DNA of 64,000 bases from Omnitrophica WOR_2 bacterium GWF2_43_52 (GCA_001805445.1 MHGF01000035.1:25279-89278); one strand, 5' to 3'; shown: positions 8,129-20,925, numbered from the stretch's first letter. The notes: generated by a model from the letters alone, not told the origin. Numbers and translations are program-made.

Positions 8129-8554
8129 ATGGCCAAGAAAATAGTGGCACAGATAAAACTGCATGTTCCCGCGGGGCAGGCGAATCCTGCTCCTCCCGTT
8201 GGCCCCGCGCTCGGCCAGCACGGAGTCAACATTATGCAGTTTTGCAAGCAATTTAATGAGCAGACCAAGGGCAGGGAAGGGCTCATTCTGCCTGCGGTAA
8301 TCAGTGTCTATGAAGATAAGTCGTTTGATTTTATTATTAAAACCCCTCCCAGTTCGGTCCTCCTTAAAAAGGCGGCAAATATAGCCAAGGCTTCTGGCCA
8401 GGCAGGGAAGGAAAAGATTGGGACCGTAACGCGCAAACAGATTGAAGAAATAACAAACCTTAAATTGAAGGATTTAAATTGTATGGATTTCCAAAAAGCG
8501 CTCAAGATTATTGAGGGAACTGCCCGGAGTATGGGCATCGCGGTTGAGGGTTAA
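8129..8554 (+). CDS. rplK: 50S ribosomal protein L11
   Basis: [34 protein letters not shown]. Start ATG 8129 preferred over ORF-track 8105. Confidence 0.95.
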   Translation: MAKKIVAQIKLHVPAGQANPAPPVGPALGQHGVNIMQFCKQFNEQTKGREGLILPAVISVYEDKSFDFIIKTPPSSVLLKKAANIAKASGQAGKEKIGTVTRKQIEEITNLKLKDLNCMDFQKALKIIEGTARSMGIAVEG

Positions 8555-8555
8555 A

Positions 8556-9239
8556 GTGGCAAAGACAAAAAGCAAGCGATATCAGGAAGCGGCAAAGCTC
8601 GTTGACGCCAATAAAGTGTATACCCTTAAAGAGGCAATAGGCGTCTTAAAGCAGTTTCCCGCGGCGAAGTTTAACCAAAGCGTCGATTTGAGTTTTTATC
8701 TGAATATTGACCCCAAAAAATCAGATCAGTTGATTAGAGGAACCGTGAGCCTGCCTCATGGAACCGGTAAAAGCGTACGGGTCGCGGTTTTCTGTAAAGG
8801 CGAGCAGGAAAAAGAGGCAAAAGCTGCCGGCGCCGAGCACGTGGGAGGTAATGACCTTATAGAGAAGGTGGCTGGCGGATTCTTAAATTTTGACGCGGCA
8901 GTGGCAACTCCGGATATGATGAAAGATTTAAGCCGTTTGGGAAAGGTATTAGGCCCCCGCGGGCTTATGCCCAGCCCAAAAACAGGCACGGTAACACAAA
9001 ATGTGGCCCAGGCGGTAAAAGAGATCAAGGGCGGGAAAATCGAGTTTAAGGTCGATAAGCAGGCAGGGCTTCATGTTCCGGTAGGCAAAATAAATTTTAC
9101 AGAAGCCCAGATTTTTGAAAACGCGGCAAAGGTGTTAGAGGCGATTACCCATGCCAAACCTTCATCGGTTAAGGGCAATTTTATAAAATCTGTTGCCATA
9201 TCCTGCAGCATGAGCCCTGGTTTGAGGCTTGCACAATGA
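8556..9239 (+). CDS. rplA: 50S ribosomal protein L1
   Basis: Likely GTG start at 8556, just after the L11 stop, with GAGGG upstream. VAKTKSKRYQEA.. matches the L1 N-terminus. The ORF track shows an extended 8511 start. Confidence 0.9.
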   Translation: MAKTKSKRYQEAAKLVDANKVYTLKEAIGVLKQFPAAKFNQSVDLSFYLNIDPKKSDQLIRGTVSLPHGTGKSVRVAVFCKGEQEKEAKAAGAEHVGGNDLIEKVAGGFLNFDAAVATPDMMKDLSRLGKVLGPRGLMPSPKTGTVTQNVAQAVKEIKGGKIEFKVDKQAGLHVPVGKINFTEAQIFENAAKVLEAITHAKPSSVKGNFIKSVAISCSMSPGLRLAQ

Positions 9240-9757
9240 TAAAAACAGGTAGTTTTTTTAGGAAAACAGTAATTGAGGGGTTACGAAAAGATATCGGTAA
9301 GTCCGAAAGCCTTTTTGTGGTCCAATATTCGGGGCTTTCAAGCGTGCAGATGACCGCGTTGAGGATATGCCTTAAGAATACAAAATCAAGGCTTTTGGTG
9401 GCTAAAAATGCCCTTATCCGCCGCGCGCTCAAGGATTCTTCCATAGAAGGCTTAGACTCCTTTTTTGAAGGCCCCGTTGCCTTGATTTTCGGTGAAAAGG
9501 ATATCGCGGCAACCTCTAAAGCATTATCTAAATTTGTCAAAGAAAATCAAAGCCTGGTTGTAAGAGGGGGATTTTATAATCAGCGTATCCTTAGTTCTAA
9601 GGATATTGAAAGTATTTCTCAACTGCCTTCTAAAGAAACACTGCGCGCGCAGGTTGTTGGCGCGTTGCAGTCTCCATTAGCGGGTTTGGTTTTTACCCTC
9701 AAGGGTAGTTTAAATAAATTAGTCATTGTGTTGAATCAGATTAAAGAGAAGAAATAA
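9236..9757 (+). CDS. rplJ: 50S ribosomal protein L10
   Basis: 173 aa, L10-like. Position between rplA and rplL. Confidence 0.9.
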   Translation: MIKTGSFFRKTVIEGLRKDIGKSESLFVVQYSGLSSVQMTALRICLKNTKSRLLVAKNALIRRALKDSSIEGLDSFFEGPVALIFGEKDIAATSKALSKFVKENQSLVVRGGFYNQRILSSKDIESISQLPSKETLRAQVVGALQSPLAGLVFTLKGSLNKLVIVLNQIKEKK

Positions 9758-9794
9758 AAATACGCTTTCGTTTACAGTTTACCGTAGTATGTAT

Positions 9795-9848
9795 GGGTAA
9801 ACGGTGCGCGGTTTGCGGTAAACGCAACGTTATTCTTAGGAGGATGAA
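9795..9848 (+). promoter_or_regulatory. conserved leader motif GGTAAACGMAACGTTATTYTTAG..AGGAG with upstream GTTTAC/GTAAAC hairpins; second copy at 36545-36604 upstream of rpoA
   Basis: 23 of 25 nt identical between the two sites. Confidence 0.6.
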
Positions 9849-10232
9849 ATGGCTGTTAAAGACGATGTTGTTAAAACAATTGAAGGTATGAGTGTGCTGG
9901 AGTTGGCTGATTTAGTAAAAGAGCTCCAGGAGAAATTCGGCGTTTCGGGCCAGATTGCAGTTGCCGCGGGCCCTGCCTCAGGCGCTCCCGGCGCGGGAGT
10001 CCAGGCAGCGGCGGAGGAAAAGACCGCTTTTAGCGTTGTCATTACGGCAAGCGGTGCTAGTAAGATTGCGGTCATTAAAGAGGTCCGCGCGATGACTAAT
10101 CTTGGCCTTAAAGAGGCAAAGGATTTAGTTGATGCCGCGCCAAAATCGGTTAAAGACGGAGTTCCTAAGGCTGAAGCAGAAGAAATGAAGAAAAAACTCG
10201 AAGCAGCAGGGGCAACGGTAGAATTAAAATAG
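9849..10232 (+). CDS. rplL: 50S ribosomal protein L7/L12
   Basis: [33 protein letters not shown], an Ala/Gly hinge, and the C-terminal domain. Confidence 0.95.
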   Translation: MAVKDDVVKTIEGMSVLELADLVKELQEKFGVSGQIAVAAGPASGAPGAGVQAAAEEKTAFSVVITASGASKIAVIKEVRAMTNLGLKEAKDLVDAAPKSVKDGVPKAEAEEMKKKLEAAGATVELK

Positions 10233-10239
10233 CACGAAA

Positions 10240-10330
10240 TAACACGAATAAAAGCCGAATTCACACAAATAAGTTCTCATGAGTTCATTCGTGAAAATTC
10301 GCTAAAAATTCGTGTAAATTCGTGTTATGA
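10240..10330 (+). promoter_or_regulatory. rplL-rpoB intergenic long imperfect inverted repeat (CACGAAATAACACGAAT .. ATTCGTGTAAATTCGTG)
   Basis: Read directly. By analogy with the E. coli rplL-rpoB attenuator and RNase III site. Confidence 0.45.
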
Positions 10331-10345
10331 GTGGAGCGAGGATAT

Positions 10346-13300
10346 ATGTCAGAACGAAAAAATTGCGCGAAACTGAAAGAAGTCTATAAACTGCCAAATC
10401 TTTTGGATATTCAGCTCTTGTCTTACGCGGAGTTCCTTCAGGCAGAGCTTAAACAGGATACGCGTAACAATATCGGCTTACAGGAAGTGTTCAATGAAAT
10501 ATTCCCGATAGAAAGTTTTGACCATCAGGTGCGTATTGACTTTATAGGCTATTCCTTAGGAAAGCCTAAATATGAAGTTGATGAATGCCGTAGGCGCGCG
10601 ATGACGTATGCGGCCCCGCTCAAGGTCAGGTTTAAGCTGACTACCCCTAGCGAAGTAAAGGAGCAAGAGTCATATTTTGGCGAGATACCGCTTATGACAG
10701 AAACCGGAACATTTTTTATTAATGGCGATGAGCGAGTGGTCGTAAGCCAATTGCAGCGTTCTCCGGGGGTTTCGTTTGAAGAGGAATTGCATCCTACAGG
10801 GAAAAAGATATTTTACGGCCGTATTATCCCCTATCACGGAGCATGGCTTGAATTTAAACATGATATATCTGACGTGATTCTGGCCTATGTGGACCGCAAA
10901 CGCAACTTTCCCGCGACCCAGATACTGCGTATTCTAGGCTATGCCAGCGACGAAGAAATTCTTAGCGCCTTTGGCCCTGTCCCTTCCCCGCAGATACTCA
11001 ATACCTTTAAAAAGGATTATACTAAAAATAAGGAAGAGGCAGTCATCGATTTTTACCGTAAGATGCGCCCGACCGAGCCGGTGACCCTTGAAGCGGCTGA
11101 AAATTTATTTTACCGTTTATTCTTCGATCCCCGCAGGTATGATTTGTCGCGCGCGGGGCGTTTTATTTTAAACCGTAAGCTTGGATTAGAGGTGTCTTTG
11201 GATAAACGCATCCTTGATGCCCCTACGGTCATTAAGGTAATAGACTATTTGCTTAAACTCAAAGAAGGCACCGGCCAGATAGATGATATTGACCATTTGG
11301 GAAACAGGCGGATTAAGACGGTAGGCGAATTGGTCCAGAACCAGGTGCGTATCGGGTTGACCAGAATGGAGCGTTCAATACGGGAGCGCCTTGCTGTTAT
11401 GTCTGAGTTTCATACTTTAAATCTCCATCATCTTATTAATTCAAAACTGCTTTCAAACCAGATAAAAGATTTTTTTGCCCGTTCACAGTTATCGCAGTTT
11501 ATGGATCAGGTGAATCCCCTGGCGGAGATGACCCATAAGCGCAGGCTTTCCGCTCTTGGCCCAGGAGGCCTTTCCCGGGAAAGAGCCGGTTTTGAAGTAA
11601 GAGATATTCATCCATCACACTACGGAAGGGTGTGCCCGGTAGAAACACCGGAAGGCCCCAATATAGGGCTCATCGCTTCATTAAGTACCTTTGCCAGGGT
11701 CAATGAATTGGGACTTTTGGAGACGCCTTACCGTAAGGTTGAGGACGGCAGGGTTACTAAAAAAATTGACTATTTAACCGCGGATGTTGAGGAGAATAAA
11801 CTTATTGCCCAGGCAAACGCGAAATTAGATGAGAACGGTTATTTCCAGGAGAAAGAGGTTTCCTGCAGGCTTAAGGATGATTTTCCAAAGGTTAGCCCCA
11901 AGAAAGTCGAATATATGGATGTATCTCCTAAGCAACTTGTTTCTGTGGCGGCCGCGTTAATTCCGTTCCTCGAGCATGATGACGCAAACCGCGCCCTTAT
12001 GGGTTCTAACATGCAGCGACAGGCAGTTCCCTTAATGATTACCGAAGCGCCTCTGGTTTCGACTGATATTGAACAGAAGGTAGCTATCGACTCCGGCGCG
12101 GTAATAGTCAGCAAAGAAGAAGGCAAGGTAACAGCGGTAGACGCATCGAGTATTACGGTGGGCAAAAATACCTATAAGCTCAAGAAATTTATTCGTTCAA
12201 ACGCGGATACCTGCATCAATCAAAGGCCGATCGTCGCGTTAGGGCAAAAGATAGCGCAAGGAGAGGCTATTGCTGATGGTATGAGTACGCAAAACGGGGA
12301 ATTAGCTTTAGGAAAAAATTTGCTCGTAGCCTTTATGCCTTGGAGGGGATTTAATTTTGAAGACGCTATCCTTATATCGGAGAAAATTTCCAAAGAAGAT
12401 ATTTTTACTTCAATACATATTGAGGAATTCCAGACAGAAGCGACAGAGACGCGCCTGGGCAATGAAGAGATTACCCGGGATATTCCCAATGTCTCAGAAG
12501 AGACACTTAAGAATCTGGATAAGGATGGGATTGTCTATTCGGGTGCCGCGGTACATCCCGGGGATATATTAGTAGGAAGAGTTACTCCGAAAACAGAGAC
12601 GGAGCTTTCATCTGAAGAAAGGCTTTTACGGGCAATCTTTGGTGAAAAGGCCGGCGATGTGCGGGATACCTCATTAGTTGTTCCGCCGGGAGTTGAGGGC
12701 GTCGTCGTAGACGTGCATGTCTTTCAGCGTAAAGACAGGGGGAGAAAATCAAAAGAGGAAAAGAGCCAGGAAGCGTCCAAAGTCCGTGAGATTAACGCGT
12801 ATTATAAGCAGGAAATAGAGTTTGTGAATGAAGAAAAAATTTCACGATTAAGTAAATTATTAGGCGTAGATAAAAACAAGGTTGAGCGTCTTGATATAAG
12901 TTCAAATGATGAAGCAAGAATTTTAGCCGCGTCGTTTGAAGAGCAGATTAAAGAATTATTAACCGAGCAGGAGCAGGAGATAGAAAAGATTCATCGCGGT
13001 GATGAGCTTCCCGCGGGCGTACTAAAGCGTGTGGTGGTCTATATCGCGATTAAGAGAAAGGTTGCTGTTGGTGATAAGCTCGCAGGCCGCCATGGAAACA
13101 AGGGCGTTATTGCCCGGATACTTCCTGAAGAAGATATGCCATTTTTGGCTGATGGCACTCCTGTTGAAGTTGTCCTTAATCCTTTAGGGGTACCTTCGCG
13201 TATGAATGTAGGCCAACTTTTGGAAACCCACTTAGGGTGGGCAGCGAAAGCATTGGGGATAAAAGTAGCCAGCCCTGTTTTCGACGGAGCAACCGAATCA

Positions 13301-13753
13301 GAGATTAAAGGAATGCTTAAAAAGGCAGGGCTTCCCGAGGACGGGAAGATCCAGCTCTATGACGGCTTTACCGGTTTAGCCTTTAGCCAGAAGGCAACCG
13401 TTGGGTATATTTACATCATGAAGTTAAACCATATGGTTGACGAAAAAATACACGCCCGTTCCATAGGGCCATATTCTTTGGTAACTCAGCAGCCTTTAGG
13501 CGGTAAGGCTCAGTTCGGCGGACAGCGCTTCGGCGAGATGGAAGTCTGGGCATTGGAGGCCTATGGCGCAGCCTTTACTTTGCAGGAAATGCTTACGGTA
13601 AAATCCGATGATGTCAAGGGACGCACGAGAATTTATGAGAATATTGTCAAAGGCGAGCAGAGGCTTGATTCAAGCACTCCGGAATCGTTTAATGTTTTGG
13701 TAAAAGAACTGCAAGGCCTGTGCCTTGATATGCGCACACAAGCGGTAAAATAG
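10346..13753 (+). CDS. rpoB: DNA-directed RNA polymerase subunit beta
   Basis: Recognisable full-length RpoB. ATG 10346 with GGAGCGAGGA upstream. The ORF track begins at GTG 10331. Confidence 0.97.
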   Translation: MSERKNCAKLKEVYKLPNLLDIQLLSYAEFLQAELKQDTRNNIGLQEVFNEIFPIESFDHQVRIDFIGYSLGKPKYEVDECRRRAMTYAAPLKVRFKLTTPSEVKEQESYFGEIPLMTETGTFFINGDERVVVSQLQRSPGVSFEEELHPTGKKIFYGRIIPYHGAWLEFKHDISDVILAYVDRKRNFPATQILRILGYASDEEILSAFGPVPSPQILNTFKKDYTKNKEEAVIDFYRKMRPTEPVTLEAAENLFYRLFFDPRRYDLSRAGRFILNRKLGLEVSLDKRILDAPTVIKVIDYLLKLKEGTGQIDDIDHLGNRRIKTVGELVQNQVRIGLTRMERSIRERLAVMSEFHTLNLHHLINSKLLSNQIKDFFARSQLSQFMDQVNPLAEMTHKRRLSALGPGGLSRERAGFEVRDIHPSHYGRVCPVETPEGPNIGLIASLSTFARVNELGLLETPYRKVEDGRVTKKIDYLTADVEENKLIAQANAKLDENGYFQEKEVSCRLKDDFPKVSPKKVEYMDVSPKQLVSVAAALIPFLEHDDANRALMGSNMQRQAVPLMITEAPLVSTDIEQKVAIDSGAVIVSKEEGKVTAVDASSITVGKNTYKLKKFIRSNADTCINQRPIVALGQKIAQGEAIADGMSTQNGELALGKNLLVAFMPWRGFNFEDAILISEKISKEDIFTSIHIEEFQTEATETRLGNEEITRDIPNVSEETLKNLDKDGIVYSGAAVHPGDILVGRVTPKTETELSSEERLLRAIFGEKAGDVRDTSLVVPPGVEGVVVDVHVFQRKDRGRKSKEEKSQEASKVREINAYYKQEIEFVNEEKISRLSKLLGVDKNKVERLDISSNDEARILAASFEEQIKELLTEQEQEIEKIHRGDELPAGVLKRVVVYIAIKRKVAVGDKLAGRHGNKGVIARILPEEDMPFLADGTPVEVVLNPLGVPSRMNVGQLLETHLGWAAKALGIKVASPVFDGATESEIKGMLKKAGLPEDGKIQLYDGFTGLAFSQKATVGYIYIMKLNHMVDEKIHARSIGPYSLVTQQPLGGKAQFGGQRFGEMEVWALEAYGAAFTLQEMLTVKSDDVKGRTRIYENIVKGEQRLDSSTPESFNVLVKELQGLCLDMRTQAVK

Positions 13754-13756
13754 ACT

Positions 13757-16700
13757 ATGGTAAAAGAAAATAAGAGAACAGGCCACGAAGAGCAGCCATC
13801 AAACTTTGACGCCATCACTATAAAGATAGCTTCTCCCCAGGTTATTCGTTCCTGGTCAAAAGGAGAAGTAAAAAAAGCGGAAACCATAAATTATCGGACT
13901 TTTAAACCCGAAAAGGGCGGATTATTCTGCGAGAAGATTTTTGGGCCTATTAAAGACTGGGAGTGTAACTGCGGAAAATATAAGGGAATAAAATTTAAAG
14001 GTATAACCTGCGACCGCTGCGGTGTCACTATAGACCGTTCATCCGTAAGGCGAGAGCGGATGGGGCATATAGAATTGGCAAGCCCGGTAACCCATATCTG
14101 GTTTTTTAAGGCGGTTCCCAGCCGTTTATCTGCTCTCTTAGGTTTAGGCTTAAGGGAATTAGAGAGAATTATTTATTACGAAGAATATGTCGTCATTGAC
14201 CCTCAGGAAACTCCTTTAAAGAAGAAAGAACTCCTCCCTGAAGAGAAGTATCAGGCTTGCCTTGAGAAGTACGGCGCTAAATTTAAGGCCAAAATTGGGG
14301 CTGAAGCTATACGGGACCTCTTAAAAGAAATTGATTTAAGCGGACTTTGCTCTAAGATGCGTAAGGATTTGGAAAAATCTGAAGATACCCCTTCAACCCG
14401 CAAGACGCTCAAGATGCTTAAGCTTATTGAAGACATTAAGAATTCTGGAAACCGTCCTGAGTGGATGATTTTAGAGTCACTGCCGGTAATTCCTCCGGAT
14501 TTGCGCCCCTTAGTTCCTTTAGACGGCGGGAGGTTTGCCACCTCAGATTTGAATGATTTATATCGCAGGGTTATCAATAGGAATAATCGCCTCAGAAAAC
14601 TCATAGAACTCAATGCCCCAGAAATAATCATTCGCAATGAAAAGAGGATGCTTCAAGAGGCAGTAGACGCGTTATTAGATAACGGCAGGCACGGCCGGCC
14701 AGTTTTAGGAGCGAATAATCGTCCCTTAAAATCACTTTCAGACATGCTCAAGGGAAAACAGGGGCGTTTTAGGCAGAATTTGTTAGGTAAGCGTGTCGAT
14801 TATTCAGGCCGTTCGGTGATTGTTGTTGGCCCTGAGTTAACGATGGAGCAATGCGGCCTTCCCAAACAGATGGCTTTGGAGCTTTTTGAGCCGTTCATTA
14901 TCAAGAAGCTGCGCGAAAAAGGATTTGTTCACAGCATCAAAGGCGCAAAGAGAATGGTTGAGCGCGCGAAAATAGAAGTTTGGGATATCCTTGATGAAGT
15001 TATCAGGGATCATCCGGTGATGCTTAACCGCGCTCCCACGTTGCACCGTTTAAGTATCCAGGCATTTCAGCCTGTGCTTATTGAAGGAAAGGCAATCAGG
15101 ATACATCCGCTCGTTTGTACCTCTTTTAATGCTGATTTTGATGGTGACCAGATGGCAGTGCATGTGCCCCTGTCTATAGAAGCACAGATGGAGACGAGGC
15201 TGCTTATGTTATCGACCAATAATGTCTTTTCTCCCGCCGATGGCAGGCCTATTGTAACTCCTACCCAGGATATTGTTTTAGGGTGTTCCTTCCTTACAAA
15301 GGAAAAGTCCGGGTCAAAAGGCCAAGGGATGATTTTTGGAAGCCAGGATGAGGTGTTTTCCGCTTATAGTGATGGTACGGTTGAATTGAATACGAAGATT
15401 AAGCTCTTGATAGACAGGGTGTTTGATATATCGCAAAATCAGCTTATAGAGAACAAGCACATTCTTGAGACTACCGTAGGGCGGGTAGTTTTTAACGATG
15501 TATTGCCCGCGGGCTTTGGTTTTGTTAATCTGGAGCTTAATAAATCTAACATTGGCCAGATTGTCGCTTCTTGTTATAAACGATTCAGCCATGGAGCGAC
15601 CATCGAGCTTTTAGATCGATTGAAGAGGTTAGGGTTTGAATACGCGACTATAGGCGGTATATCGATAGCGATAGATGATTTGGAAGTTCCGAAAGCTAAA
15701 GAAGAAATAATCCAAGAGGCCAGGGCTGAGGTTGCTAAGGTTGAAGGGCAGTATCGTAAAGGTATTATCACCGATGGTGAGCGCTATAACAAGGTTATTG
15801 ATATCTGGACGCATACTACTGACAGGATTTCAGATTTACTTTTTAAAGAGATGGATCCTTTTAACCCTATCTTTATGATGGCAGATTCCGGAGCGCGAGG
15901 CTCACGTTTACAGGTAAGGCAGCTTGCGGGTATGCGCGGGCTCATGGCAAAGCCATCAGGAGAAATTATTGAAAATCCCATTACTGCTAATTTTCGCGAA
16001 GGCTTAACAGTACTTGAATATTTTATCTCTACTCACGGTGCCCGTAAAGGTTTGGCTGATACCGCGCTCAAGACCGCGGATGCCGGTTATTTAACCCGCC
16101 GCTTAGTTGATGTCGCGCAAGAGGTAATTATTACCGAAATAGACTGCGGGACCCTTAACGGGATAAGCATTGCTTCAATCATTGAAGGGGATGACGTGGT
16201 AGTGTCTTTAACAGACCGTATCGCCGGAAGAGTTGCCTTGGATAACGTCGTTGATATTATTACCGATGAAACGATTGTTGATGCCGGTTCAGAGATTACT
16301 GAAGAAAAAGCGGATATGATTGAGCAGCTCGGCATTGAAAAAATCCGTATCCGCAGTGTCCTTACGTGTGAAACAGAGCGTGGGGTATGCTCAAAATGTT
16401 ACGGAAGAAGCCTTGCCACAGGAAAGCTTGCCGAAATAGGAGAAGCAGTAGGGGTTATTGCCGCCCAGAGTATTGGGGAGCCGGGAACGCAGTTAACCAT
16501 GAGGACTTTCCATATTGGAGGAACCGCCTCTCGCGTGGTTGAACAATCATCGATAAAATCTAAGAATAAAGGAATTGTCAAATATCATAACCTGCGTGTT
16601 GTAGAGCGTGAAAAAGAGTTTATTGTATTGAATCGAAACGGCGCCATAAGCATTAATAATGAGCAGGGAAGGGAATTAGAGCGTTATCCTATTCCTCAGG

Positions 16701-17842
16701 GTTCTTTTATTAGTATCGCTGATACCGAAGAGGTTGCCAAAGGCATTGTGTTTGTCACATGGGATTCCTACACGTTTCCTATTCTTACGGAAGTTAAGGG
16801 AAAAGTGAAATTTGAAGACTTAAAAGAAAATGTTACGATGCGTGAAGAGTTAAACCCTGTTACCGGAGTTACCGAACGTGTCGTAGTTGAACATAAAGCG
16901 GAGTATCATCCCCAGATTGTTATCTTGGATACCAAGGACGAGGTTTCCGGAATATATCCTTTACCGATAGGAGCCCATATCATGGTCAAGGATGGCCAGC
17001 ATAGTGATGCCGGTGAGCTTCTGGCAAAAATCCCCAGGGTCTCAGGGAAAACCAGAGATATTACAGGAGGCCTCCCCCGCGTGGCAGAGTTATTTGAGGC
17101 TCGCAGGCCCAAAGACCCTGCCGTCATCAGCGAAATTGACGGTTTTGTAGAATTCAGCGAAGGCAAAAAGAATCAGAGGTCTATCGTGGTGCGCAGCTCT
17201 ACCGGAATGAAGCGTGAATATATCATTCCTCACGGAAAGCATCCTAACGTATACAAAGGTGACCGCGTAAGCGCCGGCCAGCAGCTTACTGACGGGCCGG
17301 TTGTATTGCAGGATATTTTAAGGGTCTGCGGCGATAAAGTGCTTCAAGAGTATTTGGTTAACGAAGTGCAGGAAGTATACCGTTTACAGGGCGTGCGTAT
17401 CAATGACAAACATATAGAGGTGATTATCAGGCAGATGCTCAAGAAAGTGCATATTGACGGTTCCGGAGATACTGATTTTCTTGCAGGCCAGCATGTGGAT
17501 AAAATCAAATTTCAGAAAGAAAATGCCCGGGTTATGAAAAAAGGCGCGAAGCCGGCGCTGGCGACCCCGGTTCTCCTCGGTATTACAAAGGCATCATTGA
17601 CGACAGAGAGTTTTATTTCCGCCGCGAGTTTTCAGGAGACAACGAGAGTGCTTACTGACGCGGCATCTTCAGGAAAAATCGACCACCTCTTAGGGCTTAA
17701 AGAAAATGTTATTGTGGGGCATTTGATCCCCGCGGGAACAGGATTAAAAGAATACCGTGCCATAGAGATAACAAGAAAAGCTGCTCCTTCCGGCCAGGCC
17801 CAGGAAGAGTTAGTCGCGCAGGGCCAGGATACAAAGGAATAA
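13757..17842 (+). CDS. rpoC: DNA-directed RNA polymerase subunit beta'
   Basis: Zn motif CNCGKYK..CDRCGV and catalytic NADFDGD. Confidence 0.97.
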   Translation: MVKENKRTGHEEQPSNFDAITIKIASPQVIRSWSKGEVKKAETINYRTFKPEKGGLFCEKIFGPIKDWECNCGKYKGIKFKGITCDRCGVTIDRSSVRRERMGHIELASPVTHIWFFKAVPSRLSALLGLGLRELERIIYYEEYVVIDPQETPLKKKELLPEEKYQACLEKYGAKFKAKIGAEAIRDLLKEIDLSGLCSKMRKDLEKSEDTPSTRKTLKMLKLIEDIKNSGNRPEWMILESLPVIPPDLRPLVPLDGGRFATSDLNDLYRRVINRNNRLRKLIELNAPEIIIRNEKRMLQEAVDALLDNGRHGRPVLGANNRPLKSLSDMLKGKQGRFRQNLLGKRVDYSGRSVIVVGPELTMEQCGLPKQMALELFEPFIIKKLREKGFVHSIKGAKRMVERAKIEVWDILDEVIRDHPVMLNRAPTLHRLSIQAFQPVLIEGKAIRIHPLVCTSFNADFDGDQMAVHVPLSIEAQMETRLLMLSTNNVFSPADGRPIVTPTQDIVLGCSFLTKEKSGSKGQGMIFGSQDEVFSAYSDGTVELNTKIKLLIDRVFDISQNQLIENKHILETTVGRVVFNDVLPAGFGFVNLELNKSNIGQIVASCYKRFSHGATIELLDRLKRLGFEYATIGGISIAIDDLEVPKAKEEIIQEARAEVAKVEGQYRKGIITDGERYNKVIDIWTHTTDRISDLLFKEMDPFNPIFMMADSGARGSRLQVRQLAGMRGLMAKPSGEIIENPITANFREGLTVLEYFISTHGARKGLADTALKTADAGYLTRRLVDVAQEVIITEIDCGTLNGISIASIIEGDDVVVSLTDRIAGRVALDNVVDIITDETIVDAGSEITEEKADMIEQLGIEKIRIRSVLTCETERGVCSKCYGRSLATGKLAEIGEAVGVIAAQSIGEPGTQLTMRTFHIGGTASRVVEQSSIKSKNKGIVKYHNLRVVEREKEFIVLNRNGAISINNEQGRELERYPIPQGSFISIADTEEVAKGIVFVTWDSYTFPILTEVKGKVKFEDLKENVTMREELNPVTGVTERVVVEHKAEYHPQIVILDTKDEVSGIYPLPIGAHIMVKDGQHSDAGELLAKIPRVSGKTRDITGGLPRVAELFEARRPKDPAVISEIDGFVEFSEGKKNQRSIVVRSSTGMKREYIIPHGKHPNVYKGDRVSAGQQLTDGPVVLQDILRVCGDKVLQEYLVNEVQEVYRLQGVRINDKHIEVIIRQMLKKVHIDGSGDTDFLAGQHVDKIKFQKENARVMKKGAKPALATPVLLGITKASLTTESFISAASFQETTRVLTDAASSGKIDHLLGLKENVIVGHLIPAGTGLKEYRAIEITRKAAPSGQAQEELVAQGQDTKE

Positions 17843-17843
17843 T

Positions 17844-18215
17844 ATGCCTACTATTCAACAGCTTATACGCTTAGGAAGAATCAAAAAGACAAAGAAATCA
17901 AAATCACCGGCGCTCAAAGGCTGCCCTCAACGCAGGGGAGTATGCCTGCAGGTAAGAACGATGACTCCTAAAAAGCCTAATTCGGCATTGCGTAAGATTG
18001 CAAGAACCCGATTAACGACGGGGATTGAAGTTACCTCGTATATCCCCGGCGAAGGCCATAATCTGCAGGAACATTCCATTGTGCTGGTAAGAGGCGGAAG
18101 AGTCAAGGATTTGCCCGGGGTGCGCTATCACATTGTCCGAGGGACATTAGATACCGCGGGCGTACAAAACAGGAGAAGGTCACGTTCTAAGTATGGAGCG
18201 AAGAGGCCGAAATAA
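17844..18215 (+). CDS. rpsL: 30S ribosomal protein S12
   Basis: [22 protein letters not shown]. Confidence 0.97.
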   Translation: MPTIQQLIRLGRIKKTKKSKSPALKGCPQRRGVCLQVRTMTPKKPNSALRKIARTRLTTGIEVTSYIPGEGHNLQEHSIVLVRGGRVKDLPGVRYHIVRGTLDTAGVQNRRRSRSKYGAKRPK

Positions 18216-18316
18216 GTAAGAAGAAACAATACGTAAGTGTGTAGTATGTAGGTATGTAAGGTAAAACTTAAACACTTTACACTTACACACTTTACACTCC
18301 GAAGCGGAGCGAAGGA
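18216..18316 (+). promoter_or_regulatory. structured intercistronic element (GTGTGTAG purine-rich arm / CTTTACAC pyrimidine-rich arm ..CGAAGCGGAGCGAAGG); near-copy at 34862-34949 before rpsM
   Basis: The two sites align over about 60 nt: gtaagg.aaaac.tttaaac..ctttacac. Confidence 0.6.
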
Positions 18317-18787
18317 ATGAGAAGAAGAAAAGCCCAAGAAAAAGAAGTCATTTTTGACCCGAAGTACAACAGTAAGACTGTTGCCAAATTTATCAATATG
18401 GTAATGACACAAGGCAAAAAAAACATCGCGGAAAAAATCGTCTATGGCGCGTTCGACATCATGAAGAAAAAACTCAATGATCTTGATGCCCTGAAGCTTT
18501 TTCATAAAGCTATAGATAATGCCCGTCCGCGTTTAGAGGTTAAGCCCAGGCGCGTGGGAGGTGCCACCTACCAGGTACCGGTTGAAGTCCGCCAGGATAG
18601 GGGGACTTCTATCGCGCTTCGCTGGATGAGGGATTTCGCGCGCACTAAAAAAGGCAAGTCAATGATGGAAAAAATGGCGGATGAATTGGTCGCGGCCTAC
18701 AAAGGGGAAGGTTCGAGCATAAAAAAGCGTGATGATGTGCATAAGATGGCCGAATCAAATAAAGCCTACGCGCATTTTCGCTGGTAA
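18317..18787 (+). CDS. rpsG: 30S ribosomal protein S7
   Basis: 156 aa, S7-like. Classical position after rpsL. Confidence 0.95.
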   Translation: MRRRKAQEKEVIFDPKYNSKTVAKFINMVMTQGKKNIAEKIVYGAFDIMKKKLNDLDALKLFHKAIDNARPRLEVKPRRVGGATYQVPVEVRQDRGTSIALRWMRDFARTKKGKSMMEKMADELVAAYKGEGSSIKKRDDVHKMAESNKAYAHFRW

Positions 18788-18825
18788 AGCGCATAAACAC
18801 ACGATGGCTGGGTAAATAAGAAGCT

Positions 18826-20925
18826 ATGAAAAGAGAATTTACAATAGAAAAAATAAGAAACATAGGGATCATTGCTCATATTGATGCCGGTAAAACCACG
18901 ACGACAGAGCGAATACTTTTTTATACCGGGAAAAGCTATAAAATCGGCGAGGTGCATGAAGGCACGGCGATTATGGACTGGATGGTCCAGGAGCAGGAGC
19001 GCGGCATAACGATTACTTCTGCCTGTACTACGTGTTTTTGGCAGGATTGCCGGATTAATATTATTGATACCCCTGGCCACGTAGACTTTACCATTGAGGT
19101 AGAGAGGTCGCTGAAGGTGCTTGATGGAGCGGTAGTGCTTTTTGACGGGGTAAATGGAGTCGAGCCTCAGTCAGAGACAGTCTGGAGGCAGGCGGATAGA
19201 TATAATGTCCCCCGGCTCTGCTTCGTGAATAAGATGGACAGGCCAGCGGCAAGCATCACGGAGACTGTAAAGCAAATACATGAGCGTTTGGGTGCCAATG
19301 CCGCGGCCGTACAGGTCCCTTATGGCTCTGAAGATAATTTTATGGGTATGGTGGATATTATCGAGGATAAACTGTATCTTTATAATGACCCGGCGGGAAA
19401 AACATTTGAAACCCAAGATGTCCCCGAGGAGCTCGCAGCGAGCGTAAAAGAAGCCAAAGATAAACTTTTTGAGCATTTAGCAGAGGCTGATGATGAAGTC
19501 ATGCAGTATTTTGTTGAGGGGAAATCGGTGCCAAAAGAGCTTCTTAAAAAAGCAATCCGCCGGCAGGTTATTAATAGTAAGTTTGTCCCCGTTTTTTGCG
19601 GGGCATCATTTAAGAATAAGGGAATACAGCCGCTCTTGGACGCGGTATGCGCTTACTTGCCGTCTCCTTTTGATAGGGGGAAGGTAAAGGGAATTAATCC
19701 CAGCACTGACCAATATGAAGAGCGCGAGATAAATGATAGCGCGCCATTCTGTGGGCTTTGTTTTAAAGTCGCCTCTGACCCTTATGTAGGCAGGCTTAAC
19801 TATGTCAGGGTTTATTCCGGGACATTGTCTTCGGGCAGTTATATTTATAACGCCAGCAAGCGTGAAAAAGAAAGAGTTACCAAGATAGTTTTGATGCACG
19901 CGAATAAACAGGAAATCGTTGAAAAAGTAGCAACGGGGGATATCTGTGCTTTGGTAGGCTTAAAAGAGACTAAGACAGGTGATACGCTCTGTGAGGAAAA
20001 GGATGCTATCATCTTAGAGTCTATGCATTTCCCTGATCCGGTTATTTCCCAATCGATAGAGCCAAAGACAAAGTCTGATCAGGAAAAACTTGGTATGTCG
20101 CTAAAGCGCCTGACAGATGAAGACCCGTCATTTCGAGTAAAGTATAATCAAGAAACCGGACAAACGATTATTTCCGGTATGGGGCAATTGCATCTGGATA
20201 TTATCGTGGATAGGCTTTTAAGAGAGTTCAATGTGGCCTCAATGGTTGGCCAGCCTCAGGTGGCTTACAAGGAAACCCTGACTAAAAAAGTAATTTCAAC
20301 GGGAAAATTTATACAGCAGTCAGGTGGGCGCGGGCAGTATGGCCATTGTGTCCTGGAGATGAAGCCTCAGGAAACACCGGGAATGGGAGTAACCTTTGAG
20401 GATAAATTAAAGGGCGGCGCGATACCTCGGGAATTTATCCCCGCGGTTAAAAATGGCGTGATGGCATCCGCTAAGAGCGGGATTTTAGCAGGGTATCCGG
20501 TTACCGATGTTTCGGTGACCTTGATTGACGGTTCATTCCATGATGTCGATTCTTCCGAACTCGCGTTTCAGATGGCAGGCTCGATTGCTTTCTCTGACGG
20601 TTTGCGCCACGCCTCTTGTATCTTGATGGAGCCTATTATGGATATGGAGGTTATCGTTCCGGAAGAATTCATGGGTACCATCATCGGTGATATGAATTCC
20701 CGGCGCGCGAAGATCGCGTCTCTTGGGCAGCGCGCGAATGTTAAGGTTATTCGTTGCCATGTGCCGCTGGCGGAAATATTTAATTATGCTACCGTTATCC
20801 GCTCTTTGACCCAAGGAAGAGCGACTTATTCGATGGAGCCCTCATTTTACCACGAGGTGCCTGGACATATAGCGCAAAAAATATCAGAGAGAAGCACGAG
20901 TGTTCAAAGATTTGGTTTAACATAG
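18826..20925 (+). CDS. fusA: elongation factor G
   Basis: G-domain motifs [21 protein letters not shown]. 699 aa. Confidence 0.97.
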   Translation: MKREFTIEKIRNIGIIAHIDAGKTTTTERILFYTGKSYKIGEVHEGTAIMDWMVQEQERGITITSACTTCFWQDCRINIIDTPGHVDFTIEVERSLKVLDGAVVLFDGVNGVEPQSETVWRQADRYNVPRLCFVNKMDRPAASITETVKQIHERLGANAAAVQVPYGSEDNFMGMVDIIEDKLYLYNDPAGKTFETQDVPEELAASVKEAKDKLFEHLAEADDEVMQYFVEGKSVPKELLKKAIRRQVINSKFVPVFCGASFKNKGIQPLLDAVCAYLPSPFDRGKVKGINPSTDQYEEREINDSAPFCGLCFKVASDPYVGRLNYVRVYSGTLSSGSYIYNASKREKERVTKIVLMHANKQEIVEKVATGDICALVGLKETKTGDTLCEEKDAIILESMHFPDPVISQSIEPKTKSDQEKLGMSLKRLTDEDPSFRVKYNQETGQTIISGMGQLHLDIIVDRLLREFNVASMVGQPQVAYKETLTKKVISTGKFIQQSGGRGQYGHCVLEMKPQETPGMGVTFEDKLKGGAIPREFIPAVKNGVMASAKSGILAGYPVTDVSVTLIDGSFHDVDSSELAFQMAGSIAFSDGLRHASCILMEPIMDMEVIVPEEFMGTIIGDMNSRRAKIASLGQRANVKVIRCHVPLAEIFNYATVIRSLTQGRATYSMEPSFYHEVPGHIAQKISERSTSVQRFGLT

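Noticed and set aside
7820-8286. Minus-strand ORFs over nusG/rplK (7820..8251, 8083..8286) and similar antisense ORFs inside rpoB, rpoC, fusA, tuf, rpoA, secY
   Set aside because: Antisense shadows within highly conserved + strand genes.
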